Under the pieces are notes generated by a model. That model had not been told where the DNA came from. It worked only from the letters and a program-made list of their open reading frames with translations, and searched no databases. A DNA stretch of 64,000 nucleotides, from NCBI GenBank assembly GCA_008080735.1, contig SHMW01000003.1, positions 60,571 through 124,570 of the forward strand. Direction: 5' to 3'. This document shows, one piece after another, positions 21,344 to 30,173 of the stretch. The position numbers were made by a program, and so were the translations under genes. This stretch comes from Promethearchaeota archaeon (lineage in GTDB: Archaea; Asgardarchaeota; Lokiarchaeia; Sigyniarchaeales; SOKP01). The number at the start of each line of letters is the position of its first letter. Positions within the stretch are counted from its first letter, which is position 1.

Positions 21344-22180
21344 CTATTCCAATAATATCAATGATAATAGGAATTTATCTAAATTTAATTCTTTCAAAAG
21401 AACAAGGTTATTAATAAGATAACTAAATAAATCTTCTTCCATAAAATGATTCAAGCTTTCTTGCCTTCCTAATTCATTTTTCAAGATTTCTATACATCGT
21501 TTAAGTAAATCAATTAATAAGCGTTCTACTAACATCATATCAACAGCGTTAGGATTTATGTTGATGATATTAAACCCAGACTCTTTAGTAAACTCAATTT
21601 TTTGTAATTCGGGATCTTTTTCAAAATCAGGTAAATTCCGAAATTCAAAATACATCTTTTCCATTTTATTGATGAGATGTTTTTTCTGGTCCAACTGCGA
21701 GACAATATTCATTATAATATTTAAGATTTGCTGGAAGATACCCAAAATATCAAAAAACTCAGCTATGGTGGTAATATTTTCCGCTTGTTTCCATTGATGG
21801 TAATATTCATCAATCGTTTTTTTAAAAGGTACAAAAATTTCTGTGTTTCCGTCCCATTCATCTCTATCATAATTTTGATTTACTACATATTCCTGTAAGA
21901 AGGATTTTTTAATAATGTTTAAACGCGCCCTTAATATTTCAGCACTCACATCCTTATTATCCGCTGCGATAAAGAGTAAATTTGAATCGCTGTCTTCGAG
22001 ATATACCCATCTAAGCCCCCCCATTTCGATACTCTCAATCCCTTGTTTAAATTCAAATACCGTAAACTGATTTAGAGCGGTTAAAAGTCCAGAGACTAAA
22101 TCCTCATTTACCATTAAATCTTGATAGGGTTGGTAAAGCAAGGTTACTCCCGAATCACTGTCTAATATCCATACATTCAT
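21344..22180 (-). CDS. Hypothetical protein with N-terminal longin/roadblock-like domain
   Basis: VWILDSDSGVTLLY...EDLVSGLLTALNQF...IESIEMGGLRWVY...LLFIAAD pattern typical of Asgard longin-like domains. Confidence 0.6.
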   Translation of the reverse strand: MNVWILDSDSGVTLLYQPYQDLMVNEDLVSGLLTALNQFTVFEFKQGIESIEMGGLRWVYLEDSDSNLLFIAADNKDVSAEILRARLNIIKKSFLQEYVVNQNYDRDEWDGNTEIFVPFKKTIDEYYHQWKQAENITTIAEFFDILGIFQQILNIIMNIVSQLDQKKHLINKMEKMYFEFRNLPDFEKDPELQKIEFTKESGFNIININPNAVDMMLVERLLIDLLKRCIEILKNELGRQESLNHFMEEDLFSYLINNLVLLKELNLDKFLLSLILLE

Positions 22181-22234
22181 TGTGAAATTTTTTCCTTTTA
22201 TTGGGAATAGAGTAGATTCTCTTTAGATTAATTT

Positions 22235-22723
22235 CTATTCAATTAATTCTTTGACATCGTTATCTTTCAAAAAGTTTTCAAGGTTTCTAAGGATTTCAGA
22301 TAATTTACGTCTTAAAATAAGTTCAGAGGCATCTCCCACTAAATTTAAAAATTCGTTGTTTAGCTTAAAGGTATGGACAAAAACACCCACTTTGGACTTA
22401 TCGGGACCGAGCGCTTTAATGCGCAATCGAGCTTCTAATTTCTCCACATCCTTGTTGTTTCTTACATTTAATTCGATTAAACGACCTTTATCTGGTACTT
22501 CCCCTTGATCATCCATCACTAATTCGCCGCTCATTTCGATTGGAATATTAATGAGATCAACTTCATCATAAATCTCGCTATAAAATACATTCGGAGCGGT
22601 AAATTCGACTTCTATTCGTTTCACTGGGCTGATCGTTTCCCAGAGTTTTGGCTTGTAAAGCGCATCTAAGAGGCTGTCTTTATCACCATTTACTTCTACT
22701 ACTTTAGAGATTAATTTTCCCAC
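22235..22723 (-). CDS. Hypothetical protein, possibly SRPBCC/CoxG-like helix-grip fold
   Basis: 162 aa, GTG start; beta-rich with a long C-terminal helix. Confidence 0.6.
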   Translation of the reverse strand: MGKLISKVVEVNGDKDSLLDALYKPKLWETISPVKRIEVEFTAPNVFYSEIYDEVDLINIPIEMSGELVMDDQGEVPDKGRLIELNVRNNKDVEKLEARLRIKALGPDKSKVGVFVHTFKLNNEFLNLVGDASELILRRKLSEILRNLENFLKDNDVKELIE

Positions 22724-22983
22724 GTTAGCTCATCTTTATAAGTATTTTGTTGCATAAACATTTATTTTTTAAATTTTTAATTATTTGCTTTTTAGTTCCC
22801 TCAATATGATACTATGGTCAAAATATTTTCCTAGGGATTTCTATTGTCAAATCTTTCAAGATTAGAATTTTATGCCTCAGACTTCCTCAATAATATCATC
22901 CAAAAAGTCATATAAGATGAAATATCATCATTGGCATATAATCATCGATTTAGATCAACTATATAGAGAAAATAAGAGAAAGC

Positions 22984-23202
22984 TTAAATGTTTTTCTCAC
23001 GAAATAATCGCGTTTCTTCAATCTTATTTTTAGTTCCGCATTTAGGACACTCCCAATATTCTTGTGCGGTTTTCACGGTATTTATACAGTCTTCACATAC
23101 CGCAGTATCGCAAATACAATAATAAAGTTTGTCTACCGCATCTTTGAAATTCTTTTTACAAATAGCGCAAATTGGAGGGGGAATCTCATCCATTTTTCTC
23201 AA
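22984..23202 (-). CDS. Stand-alone C4C4 RING-finger protein
   Basis: C-x2-C-x13-C-x1-C-x4-C-x2-C-x12-C-x2-C. Confidence 0.75.
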   Translation of the reverse strand: MRKMDEIPPPICAICKKNFKDAVDKLYYCICDTAVCEDCINTVKTAQEYWECPKCGTKNKIEETRLFREKNI

Positions 23203-23264
23203 TTATTTTTTTCTAGATTAATATGCTATAATGTATTTTTATAAATTAATATCGTATAAAATTA

Positions 23265-23465
23265 TTGCGTTTCAAAATGAAAGATGTCAGTTTCTATCTC
23301 CGGTTGCTCTTGCTGTTGAGTATTTTCTTCTTGTGGAGATTAATTAATGGAATTGTGGAAAATAACCAATTCGAAATCGCCTTTTGGGGGATATTTCTGA
23401 TTATATATATACCATCAATAATAATCGCCTCGTTTGCGGCAAAAAAATATCAAGAGAAAAAATAA
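23265..23465 (+). CDS. Small two-TM membrane protein
   Basis: Two hydrophobic segments and a basic tail. Confidence 0.6.
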   Translation: MRFKMKDVSFYLRLLLLLSIFFLWRLINGIVENNQFEIAFWGIFLIIYIPSIIIASFAAKKYQEKK

Positions 23466-23486
23466 AAAGCTAATTAGACAATTCTT

Positions 23487-24515
23487 CTATTGGATTTTAC
23501 TCATTGCATCTTTTAATAGCTTTTCAGCCTCTTTTGTAAAATTAGATAGAATATCATCAACCTTTTTCTCCTCATTAATTAATCCAACTGTTTGCCCTGC
23601 TAATATAGCACCATTTTCCGTATCTCCTTTGTATATTAATTCATAGCGTTTCATATCTTCCTGTATTTTTTCCATTGTTAATTGGCTTTCTTGATCCTTT
23701 TTCTCTTCTTTTGAGAGTATTTTACCATGTTCTAACGCATATTTATTTTTAAGTAAGCGAATAGGTCCGAATGAGCCCGTCGTCAAAATGGTATCTCGAG
23801 CTGTTGCTGGGTAAATTACAGACTTGTAATTCTTATGAAATTCGCTCTCTTCTGAGGCTATAAATCGAGTTCCCATAGCGATCGCATCTGCGCCTCCTGC
23901 GATAGCCATCGCCAAGCTCTCAGGACTGGCAAATCCTCCGCAGGCAATGATAGGAAAGTCTGGATATGCACGAACGGCTTCTTGCAGTAAAACTAGTGTA
24001 GAAATCTCCTCATAAGACTGATGACCACCACCCTCTATTCCAGTGACCACAAGTCCGTCACATCCCGAATCTACGACTTTTTTTGCCAAATACAATGCTG
24101 GTGAGACGTGGAAATGTTTTAAAGTGGGGCATTTTTTTTTCCAATATTCCGAAGCTTTTCTTGGAGTGCCTGCTGATGTGACCGCATAAACACATTGTTC
24201 TCGCAAACGAGGGTCCTCATTGATCCATCTGGCGGTCTTTTTTATTAATGCGGGAGCATCAATTTGTAATCTTGCTGTCCGTATATTGAATCCAAAGGGT
24301 TTATCGGTATGTTCTATCACATAATCAAAATTTTCTTTCATCGTTTTTATAGGATCACGTCCTAATAAGTTCGTGTGGCTTAATACACCTAACCCACCTG
24401 CCTCTGAAACTGCAACTGTTAATTCCGTGGTATAGAATGGACCCATCGGTGCGCTTAAAATAGGGTATTTAATATCAAACATCTCGGTAATTTTAGTTTT
24501 TATCATTATCTTCAC
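23487..24515 (-). CDS. Nitronate monooxygenase / FabK-like FMN oxidoreductase
   Basis: YPILSAPM, AVSEAGGLG, GIEGGGH, IACGG, MGTRF, AGQ.VG.I. Confidence 0.9.
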   Translation of the reverse strand: MKIMIKTKITEMFDIKYPILSAPMGPFYTTELTVAVSEAGGLGVLSHTNLLGRDPIKTMKENFDYVIEHTDKPFGFNIRTARLQIDAPALIKKTARWINEDPRLREQCVYAVTSAGTPRKASEYWKKKCPTLKHFHVSPALYLAKKVVDSGCDGLVVTGIEGGGHQSYEEISTLVLLQEAVRAYPDFPIIACGGFASPESLAMAIAGGADAIAMGTRFIASEESEFHKNYKSVIYPATARDTILTTGSFGPIRLLKNKYALEHGKILSKEEKKDQESQLTMEKIQEDMKRYELIYKGDTENGAILAGQTVGLINEEKKVDDILSNFTKEAEKLLKDAMSKIQ

Positions 24516-24610
24516 CCATAATTAATAGATTTAGATAGATTTACTTAGTTTTTTAAATTATAATTAATATTCATTTTAATCAAGTTATTTATTAAGCTAT
24601 CGGATAATCG

Positions 24611-25510
24611 ATGAAAGACTTACTGACTATTTCTGAATTATCTCCTGAAGATATTTATGCGTTGTTAGATTTAGCAAGCAAAATAAAGGCAGATCCAGAT
24701 AGATTTCGTTCTCGCTTAACCAATAAAACGCTAGCGCTCTTATTTCAGAAAACATCTACAAGAACTCGGCTTTCCTTTGAAAGCGGAATGTATCAACTTG
24801 GAGGGAGGGCCATCTATTTGGATTGGAGAACCACGAATATCCACCTTGGTTCTCTACCAGATGAAATACGATGTATTGAATTATATGTTGATGCAATAAT
24901 GGCAAGAGTGTATGAACATAAGTCTCTTGAAATAATGAGTAAGGCAGCATCTATTCCTGTAATAAATGGGTTATCAGACAAATTTCACCCTTGTCAAATT
25001 CTCTCTGACTTATTAACTATGAAAGAAATTTTTCAAGATTTTGATACTCTAAACGTTGCTTGGGTGGGAGACGGTAATAATGTGTGTAATTCCTTAATTT
25101 TAGGATGCACTCAACTTAAAATACCAATTCATGTTGCCACTCCTCCGCGATATGAACCACATATAGATGTTATTGAATGGGTGAAATCGCATAATAAGAG
25201 TCAATATTTAAAGATTTCCCAGGACCCAAAACTCGCCGTAAAAGAATCGGATATACTCTATACTGATACCTTTGTCTCAATGGGACAAGAAGACGAGACA
25301 CAAGAACGCATGAAAATATTCCAGTCATTCCAGGTTAATCATCAATTAATTAAGGAATCCACAAAGAACCCATATATAATGCATTGCTTACCAGCTCATA
25401 GAGGGGTTGAAATTACTGATGATGTGCTTGATTCTAAAAAATCACTCGTATTTCACCAAGCAGAAAATCGCTTGCATATGCAAAAAGCTATTTTATTATT
25501 TCTTTTTTAA
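24611..25510 (+). CDS. argF: Ornithine carbamoyltransferase
   Basis: STRTR, HPCQ, GDGNNV, SMG, HCLP, QAENR. Confidence 0.95.
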   Translation: MKDLLTISELSPEDIYALLDLASKIKADPDRFRSRLTNKTLALLFQKTSTRTRLSFESGMYQLGGRAIYLDWRTTNIHLGSLPDEIRCIELYVDAIMARVYEHKSLEIMSKAASIPVINGLSDKFHPCQILSDLLTMKEIFQDFDTLNVAWVGDGNNVCNSLILGCTQLKIPIHVATPPRYEPHIDVIEWVKSHNKSQYLKISQDPKLAVKESDILYTDTFVSMGQEDETQERMKIFQSFQVNHQLIKESTKNPYIMHCLPAHRGVEITDDVLDSKKSLVFHQAENRLHMQKAILLFLF

Positions 25511-25858
25511 AAAATCGGGAAGGATACCTTCTAGTCCTAAACTTTTTAAGAGTGTGTCCCTCACGTCCATCTTTATCTTGAATTCGGACATTTTCTTCAG
25601 AGCTTCTTCAAGCGCCTTAGAAAAATTCTCACTCATATCATTTATGGTATCAGAAGTCAATTTGAGTGAATCTCTTATCGTTATATTAGTTTCATGTAAG
25701 ACTGAGCTCATTTTGTCCATAGATGTAGAGATCTGGTTGGTAATTGTAATTACTTTATCCGAAAGCTCGCCTATTTGCTCTCGTACCTTTCTCATCTCAG
25801 AATTCATTTCAGAGAGCTCTTCCTTTAAGTCTTTTATTCCTAACATGTTTATTCTCAA
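25496..25858 (-). CDS. Coiled-coil hypothetical protein
   Basis: Heptad-rich 120 aa; its 3' end overlaps the argF stop region by about 15 nt. Confidence 0.7.
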   Translation of the reverse strand: MRINMLGIKDLKEELSEMNSEMRKVREQIGELSDKVITITNQISTSMDKMSSVLHETNITIRDSLKLTSDTINDMSENFSKALEEALKKMSEFKIKMDVRDTLLKSLGLEGILPDFLKKK

Positions 25859-25889
25859 AAATGCATCAATTACTAAGAAATAACTAATT

Positions 25890-26534
25890 TTATAACTTAA
25901 ATTTTATGTTATACTTCCGTAATTGCTCTACTAAATGCTCGGTATAATAATATTGTATTGCGTTCAATTTGAGAGATTCTGCCATTTCCACATTTTTTTG
26001 CTCATCATCAATTAATAATGCTTCTGAGGGTTTACATTTAATATGATTGAGAAGTTCTTTATAAAAGTCAAGATCATTCTTATTTTTGTGATATTCATAA
26101 CTAAAGACCCAATCATCGAAATTATCTAGAAAACCATATCTCTCTTGGAGAAATTCTACGCGCTCTTTAATATTTCCGCTAAATACTATAAGTCTATAGT
26201 GCATTTTCAATTCTTTAACTAGATCTTCAATTTTATAATGTGGTAGATAGGATCCGAACCAAATTTTAATAATATGATGGTGTTCTTCTTTGGGTATTTT
26301 TAGTTTTTTTCCTACGCGTTCTTGAAACTCTTCTATATTGATTAACCCTTTCCGTAGTAGATATCCCTCTTTCTCGAACCTATCTCCGAAAATTTCATAC
26401 AAGCGCATGAAACTGTCAATATTAAACAAATCCATAAATTTAATTATGGCCAGATAAGTACCTCTACTGAAAAAAACACCCCCTAAATCAAAAACAATTG
26501 TTTTAATAGTCCCATTAAATTGATTCATACTCAT
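25890..26534 (-). CDS. HAD-family hydrolase (YihX-like)
   Basis: FDLGGV motif I, SGN motif II, K motif III, IDD...NV motif IV. Confidence 0.85.
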   Translation of the reverse strand: MSMNQFNGTIKTIVFDLGGVFFSRGTYLAIIKFMDLFNIDSFMRLYEIFGDRFEKEGYLLRKGLINIEEFQERVGKKLKIPKEEHHHIIKIWFGSYLPHYKIEDLVKELKMHYRLIVFSGNIKERVEFLQERYGFLDNFDDWVFSYEYHKNKNDLDFYKELLNHIKCKPSEALLIDDEQKNVEMAESLKLNAIQYYYTEHLVEQLRKYNIKFKL

Positions 26535-26642
26535 AATCTAAAATTTATCGAGCTATTAAAACTAACTCAATCTTATTCGTATACGATAGCAAAATTCAAA
26601 AAATAGTAGAAAGAGAGAAAAAGAGAGGTCCTAAATTATAAT

Positions 26643-27059
26643 TTAAGGATGATCATGCTGGTGTTCTCGCCTATATTCATCATCAGCTTCGGTATGGATT
26701 TTTTCAACCCCATAACCTTTTCCTGCTCCCGGCGCACAAAGACTCTCTCCACCTTCTAAATCCCCGTTTTTGATCTTTTCTATAACGTCATCTATGGTCC
26801 CTTGAATTCCCATAATTACATTAATTCCATATTGTTCGAAAAATTGAACTGCTCGTCTTCCCATCCCTCCAGCAATCATACAATCTGCGCCTTGCTCATT
26901 GACAAATTGAGGGATACTTCCGACAGTATGACCTGGATTTGAAAGTATTTCCTTGCTTACCAGCTCCCCATCCTCGATATTCACGAAGGTAAATTGAGGT
27001 GCTCGCCCAAAATGAGCAGAAACTCTCCCTCCCTCCGTGCTAATAGCAAATTTTGTCAA
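26643..27059 (-). CDS. NifB/NifX (MTH1175-like) family protein
   Basis: VSAHFGRAP, GGMG.RA; His-rich C-terminus. Confidence 0.88.
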   Translation of the reverse strand: MTKFAISTEGGRVSAHFGRAPQFTFVNIEDGELVSKEILSNPGHTVGSIPQFVNEQGADCMIAGGMGRRAVQFFEQYGINVIMGIQGTIDDVIEKIKNGDLEGGESLCAPGAGKGYGVEKIHTEADDEYRREHQHDHP

Positions 27060-27237
27060 ATAATATCACCTTTTATTGATCTTCTTATAATAAAAAGTTA
27101 AAACTGAATTAAAAACTTTATCGAATCATTATTCATAAACAAGCAAAATGGCAGAGCTTAGTTTGTTATGAAATATAATCATTATATATTAAATTAGAAA
27201 AAATTTTTAGTTCTTAAACACATAATCTATCATTAAT

Positions 27238-27378
27238 ATGCAAAAAATAGACGAAAAAGAAGAGCAAAAGGAAATTGACTTTCATTGTACTGGTTGAGGT
27301 ATTATTGATGGGATCATATATTGCGTTCGAAAAGTAAAACAATGGAAAAAAAACAAAAAAACTGAAGAAAAAGAGTAA
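27238..27378 (+). CDS. Candidate small selenoprotein (46 aa, CxxU motif); not in the ORF track
   Basis: MQKIDEKEEQKEIDFHCTG[TGA 27295-27297]GIIDGIIYCVRKVKQWKKNKKTEEKE-TAA. Confidence 0.45.
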
Positions 27379-27379
27379 A

Positions 27380-27445
27380 AAATCTCAAGGATTAGGCTAT
27401 AAATGCTAGGGTCTAATTTATCGGTTCCGCATGAACCCGAGATTA
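27380..27445 (+). ncRNA. Structured 3'-UTR element (three-way junction) after the candidate selenoprotein
   Basis: Outer stem AATCTC/GAGATT encloses hairpins ATTAGGC.../GTCTAAT and GGTTC-CGCAT-GAACC; locally GC-rich in AT-rich DNA. Confidence 0.4.
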
Positions 27446-27546
27446 ATATTTTTATTAAATAAAATAAATTTTTTTAAAGAATCCTTCTTGATTGATTAAT
27501 AGAAGCAATGTTTTAATAATTACAAATAACGTGAGATTGAATAAAA

Positions 27547-27701
27547 TGGTAAAATGTGAAGAATTAAAAAAGGGCGATGTTTTTGTATGCCCTGATTGTG
27601 GATTAGAACTGACTGTAAGCGAAGCTTGTGATTGTGCCGAAGAAGGAGCATGCTCGGAACAAGGTTTTGTCTGTTGTGGCACGGCAATGAAAAAGAAATA
27701 G
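27547..27701 (+). CDS. Small Cys-rich desulforedoxin-like metal-binding protein
   Basis: MVKCEELKKGDVFVCPDCGLELTVSEACDC...C...FVCCGTAMKKK; CxxC...CCG-x-x-M resembles the desulfoferrodoxin N-terminal domain. ATG 27547 preferred over the track start at 27492. Confidence 0.75.
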
Positions 27702-27866
27702 AATAAATTCACCAAAACGTGTTCTAAAAATCTAAATTTTATTCCTTTTTATATCTGTTTTTTTTTTTTATTTTCTTAGTAAATTATCTTGATCTGTTGG
27801 ATTGAGAATAAGAAAAAAATAGGAAATAATAGAATGATGCATAAAATAACTAAAACAACTGATAAG

Positions 27867-29261
27867 CTATATATCTTGGTTTTGAGGTCCTTCTCCGACC
27901 TTGCGATAAATGAATCCTAAGTTTTCAACGTCTTTTTTATCAAAAATGTTTCTTCCATCGATTATGATGGGGGTTCGCATCTTTTTTTTAATCTCTTCTA
28001 AATTTAGATCGTAATATTGTTTATGATTCGTGGCAAAGAGTAATACATCAGAATTCTCAACTGCTTTTTCAATATCATCGGTCAATTCAGTCATGTCGTA
28101 ATCACGTTTTTTGACATAGGGGTCGTGCGCTATATAGATGATATTATGTGAATGGTATCGTTTCATGAGGGATTCGATAATATTTTTCGCGGGGGTGTTT
28201 CTTGTGTCATCTGTATCTGCTTTATAGGACACTCCCATCAAGGAAACTTTTATATTATCAACAAATTTACGCGCTTGGCGCAATCCATCTTCCATAAGTT
28301 CTACCATATGCTTCGGCATAAAATCATTAAGTTCTCGGCTATATGGGACGATTTTTATGCGCGAGCTGAAGTTTTTTTCTGAATAGGCATCATGACCATA
28401 TAACAGTAGGAATGGGTCCTTAGTTAAACAATGTCCTCCTACACCAGAACCTGGATGATGCATCATCCGATCATGTCGATGGTTAATCAATTCAATGATT
28501 TCGAATATATTCCGATTGAAATCTTCACAGAGTAAAGCCATTTCATTAGCAAACGCGATATTGACATCCCGATAGGAATTTTCGATACATTTAGTCAATT
28601 CAGCGGTAAGCGTGTCGGTAACTTGTAGCTCCTTTTTGACCACTTTTCCATAAAGATGTTTCGCTCTTTTATTTGCTTCCTTACACCCCCCACCAATTAC
28701 TCGAGGAAAATCAGTGATATATTCTATCAATTTCCCGGGCATAACACGTTCAAAGGAGAATACGAGGTAAAACTCTTTCCCCCTCTTCATTCCGCTAGCT
28801 TTCTCCAGAATTGGTTCCACGATATTATTAGTAGTACCTGGTGCGACGGTTGATTCGATGATGACCGTGGCACCTTCTTTCAGGTGTTTACCGGCTCTCT
28901 CAGATACTGCCTTTAGCGATTCATACATCGGCACTTTGGTATAGAGATCAATAGGCGTTTGGACATCAATTAACACATAATCGGCGGTATCAACACAATC
29001 ATATTCTGGGGTCACGTGAAATTTTCCGTTTGTAACCACCCGTTCGATTAATTCATCCAATCCTGGCTCATCCCCCTCAAATGGATTTTTTCCCGCATTT
29101 AACCAATCAATTTTCCATCCGCTACGTTGGGACCGCCTTTGGATACCTGATACATAAAAGTTTGGCACATCGGCTAATAATGCCGCCATAGGGATTCCCA
29201 CATACCCCATCCCAATTACGACAATCTCAGTTTTCTTTTCTTCTTTAGACATTTTATACAA
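27867..29261 (-). CDS. Nucleotide-sugar dehydrogenase (UDP-GlcNAc/ManNAc 6-dehydrogenase family)
   Basis: GMGYVG, ESTVAPGTT, ENSYRDVNIAFANE, GVGGHC, YKADTDDTRNTP, DGRN. Confidence 0.92.
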   Translation of the reverse strand: MYKMSKEEKKTEIVVIGMGYVGIPMAALLADVPNFYVSGIQRRSQRSGWKIDWLNAGKNPFEGDEPGLDELIERVVTNGKFHVTPEYDCVDTADYVLIDVQTPIDLYTKVPMYESLKAVSERAGKHLKEGATVIIESTVAPGTTNNIVEPILEKASGMKRGKEFYLVFSFERVMPGKLIEYITDFPRVIGGGCKEANKRAKHLYGKVVKKELQVTDTLTAELTKCIENSYRDVNIAFANEMALLCEDFNRNIFEIIELINHRHDRMMHHPGSGVGGHCLTKDPFLLLYGHDAYSEKNFSSRIKIVPYSRELNDFMPKHMVELMEDGLRQARKFVDNIKVSLMGVSYKADTDDTRNTPAKNIIESLMKRYHSHNIIYIAHDPYVKKRDYDMTELTDDIEKAVENSDVLLFATNHKQYYDLNLEEIKKKMRTPIIIDGRNIFDKKDVENLGFIYRKVGEGPQNQDI

Positions 29262-29414
29262 ATTCGATCTATATAGATTATTGAATATAGATTTTAATTA
29301 ATCCTAATACAAAAAGTTTTATTTTGACTACACTATAGAATATAGATTGCTCTTTAGATTACTATATCTGATTTAAGTAGGTATTTTATATCATAAAACT
29401 AAAAATAGGGCATT

Positions 29415-30089
29415 TTAAAAATTGTGATATTTTCCCAAATCATCTAATTTGAAGACTCCAAATCGCTCCCATTTTTTCTTTTTCATTCTCTCAAAACTTG
29501 CTTGAACTGTTGTTATCACAGTTTGGGATTTATATAATTGCAATGCTTGATATATTTTCTGATTATAGTCTGAAATATCAATTTTTATTTGTTTTTCTCG
29601 AGGAGCTTTGATACTTAAATAAACTGCATATATATAGAACTCAACATCGGGTATGCCCAATTCTTTAGCTGCGGTAGTAGAGATATTAAACGTTGCTTGA
29701 TGGTCGGTATGTGGATTATTATTACTCGGAGCGACAATTCTATCCGCATCCTTAATGATTGGTTTACACATTTCTATTCCCGTTTCTCTAAAATCCATAA
29801 CCTGCTGGTCGGGTAATTGAAATTTATGAACATTTTCTTCCGGAATCCCTAAAAAGCTAATAACCTTATCAATCTCTCTCATACGGATTCCTGCTAAGTC
29901 ATCTTGTGAGATCTGAGTTTCATTTGTTTCCATTAGTCTGCCCATCCTTTTTTCAAAAGTGTAGGCAGCTCTTCCATCGGAAATATACACAATTTCAACT
30001 TTATGTCCTTCATCCATCCATTTGAGTATGCTTCCGCCCGCCCCGACGAGCTCATCATCCGGATGTGGCGCAAAAATCACGATTTTCAT
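29415..30089 (-). CDS. PIG-L/LmbE family N-acetyl deacetylase
   Basis: APHPDDE, R..E, HTDH, Y.SQ. Confidence 0.9.
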   Translation of the reverse strand: MKIVIFAPHPDDELVGAGGSILKWMDEGHKVEIVYISDGRAAYTFEKRMGRLMETNETQISQDDLAGIRMREIDKVISFLGIPEENVHKFQLPDQQVMDFRETGIEMCKPIIKDADRIVAPSNNNPHTDHQATFNISTTAAKELGIPDVEFYIYAVYLSIKAPREKQIKIDISDYNQKIYQALQLYKSQTVITTVQASFERMKKKKWERFGVFKLDDLGKYHNF

Positions 30090-30173
30090 AATTTCTGAAT
30101 AATCATAAGTTGTTTATATTTATTTAATTTAATAGAATATTTTAAAAACTTAAAGGTTGATAATTATTAATAT

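Noticed and set aside
22877-22931. Possible C/D-box sRNA on the minus strand (ATGATGA ... CTGA, about 55 nt apart)
   Set aside because: The internal D'/C' boxes are weak and I cannot match the AT-rich guides to rRNA; chance occurrence is likely without a snoscan-type search.
26643-27059. NifX-like gene as evidence of nitrogen fixation
   Set aside because: This family is widespread in non-diazotrophs and no nifHDK genes are present in the window.
27380-27445. Calling the structure a canonical SECIS or a known riboswitch (Moco, TPP, FMN, fluoride)
   Set aside because: No tandem GA/GA core, no methanogen-type GAA/A bulge and no riboswitch consensus was recognisable; kept only as an unassigned structure.
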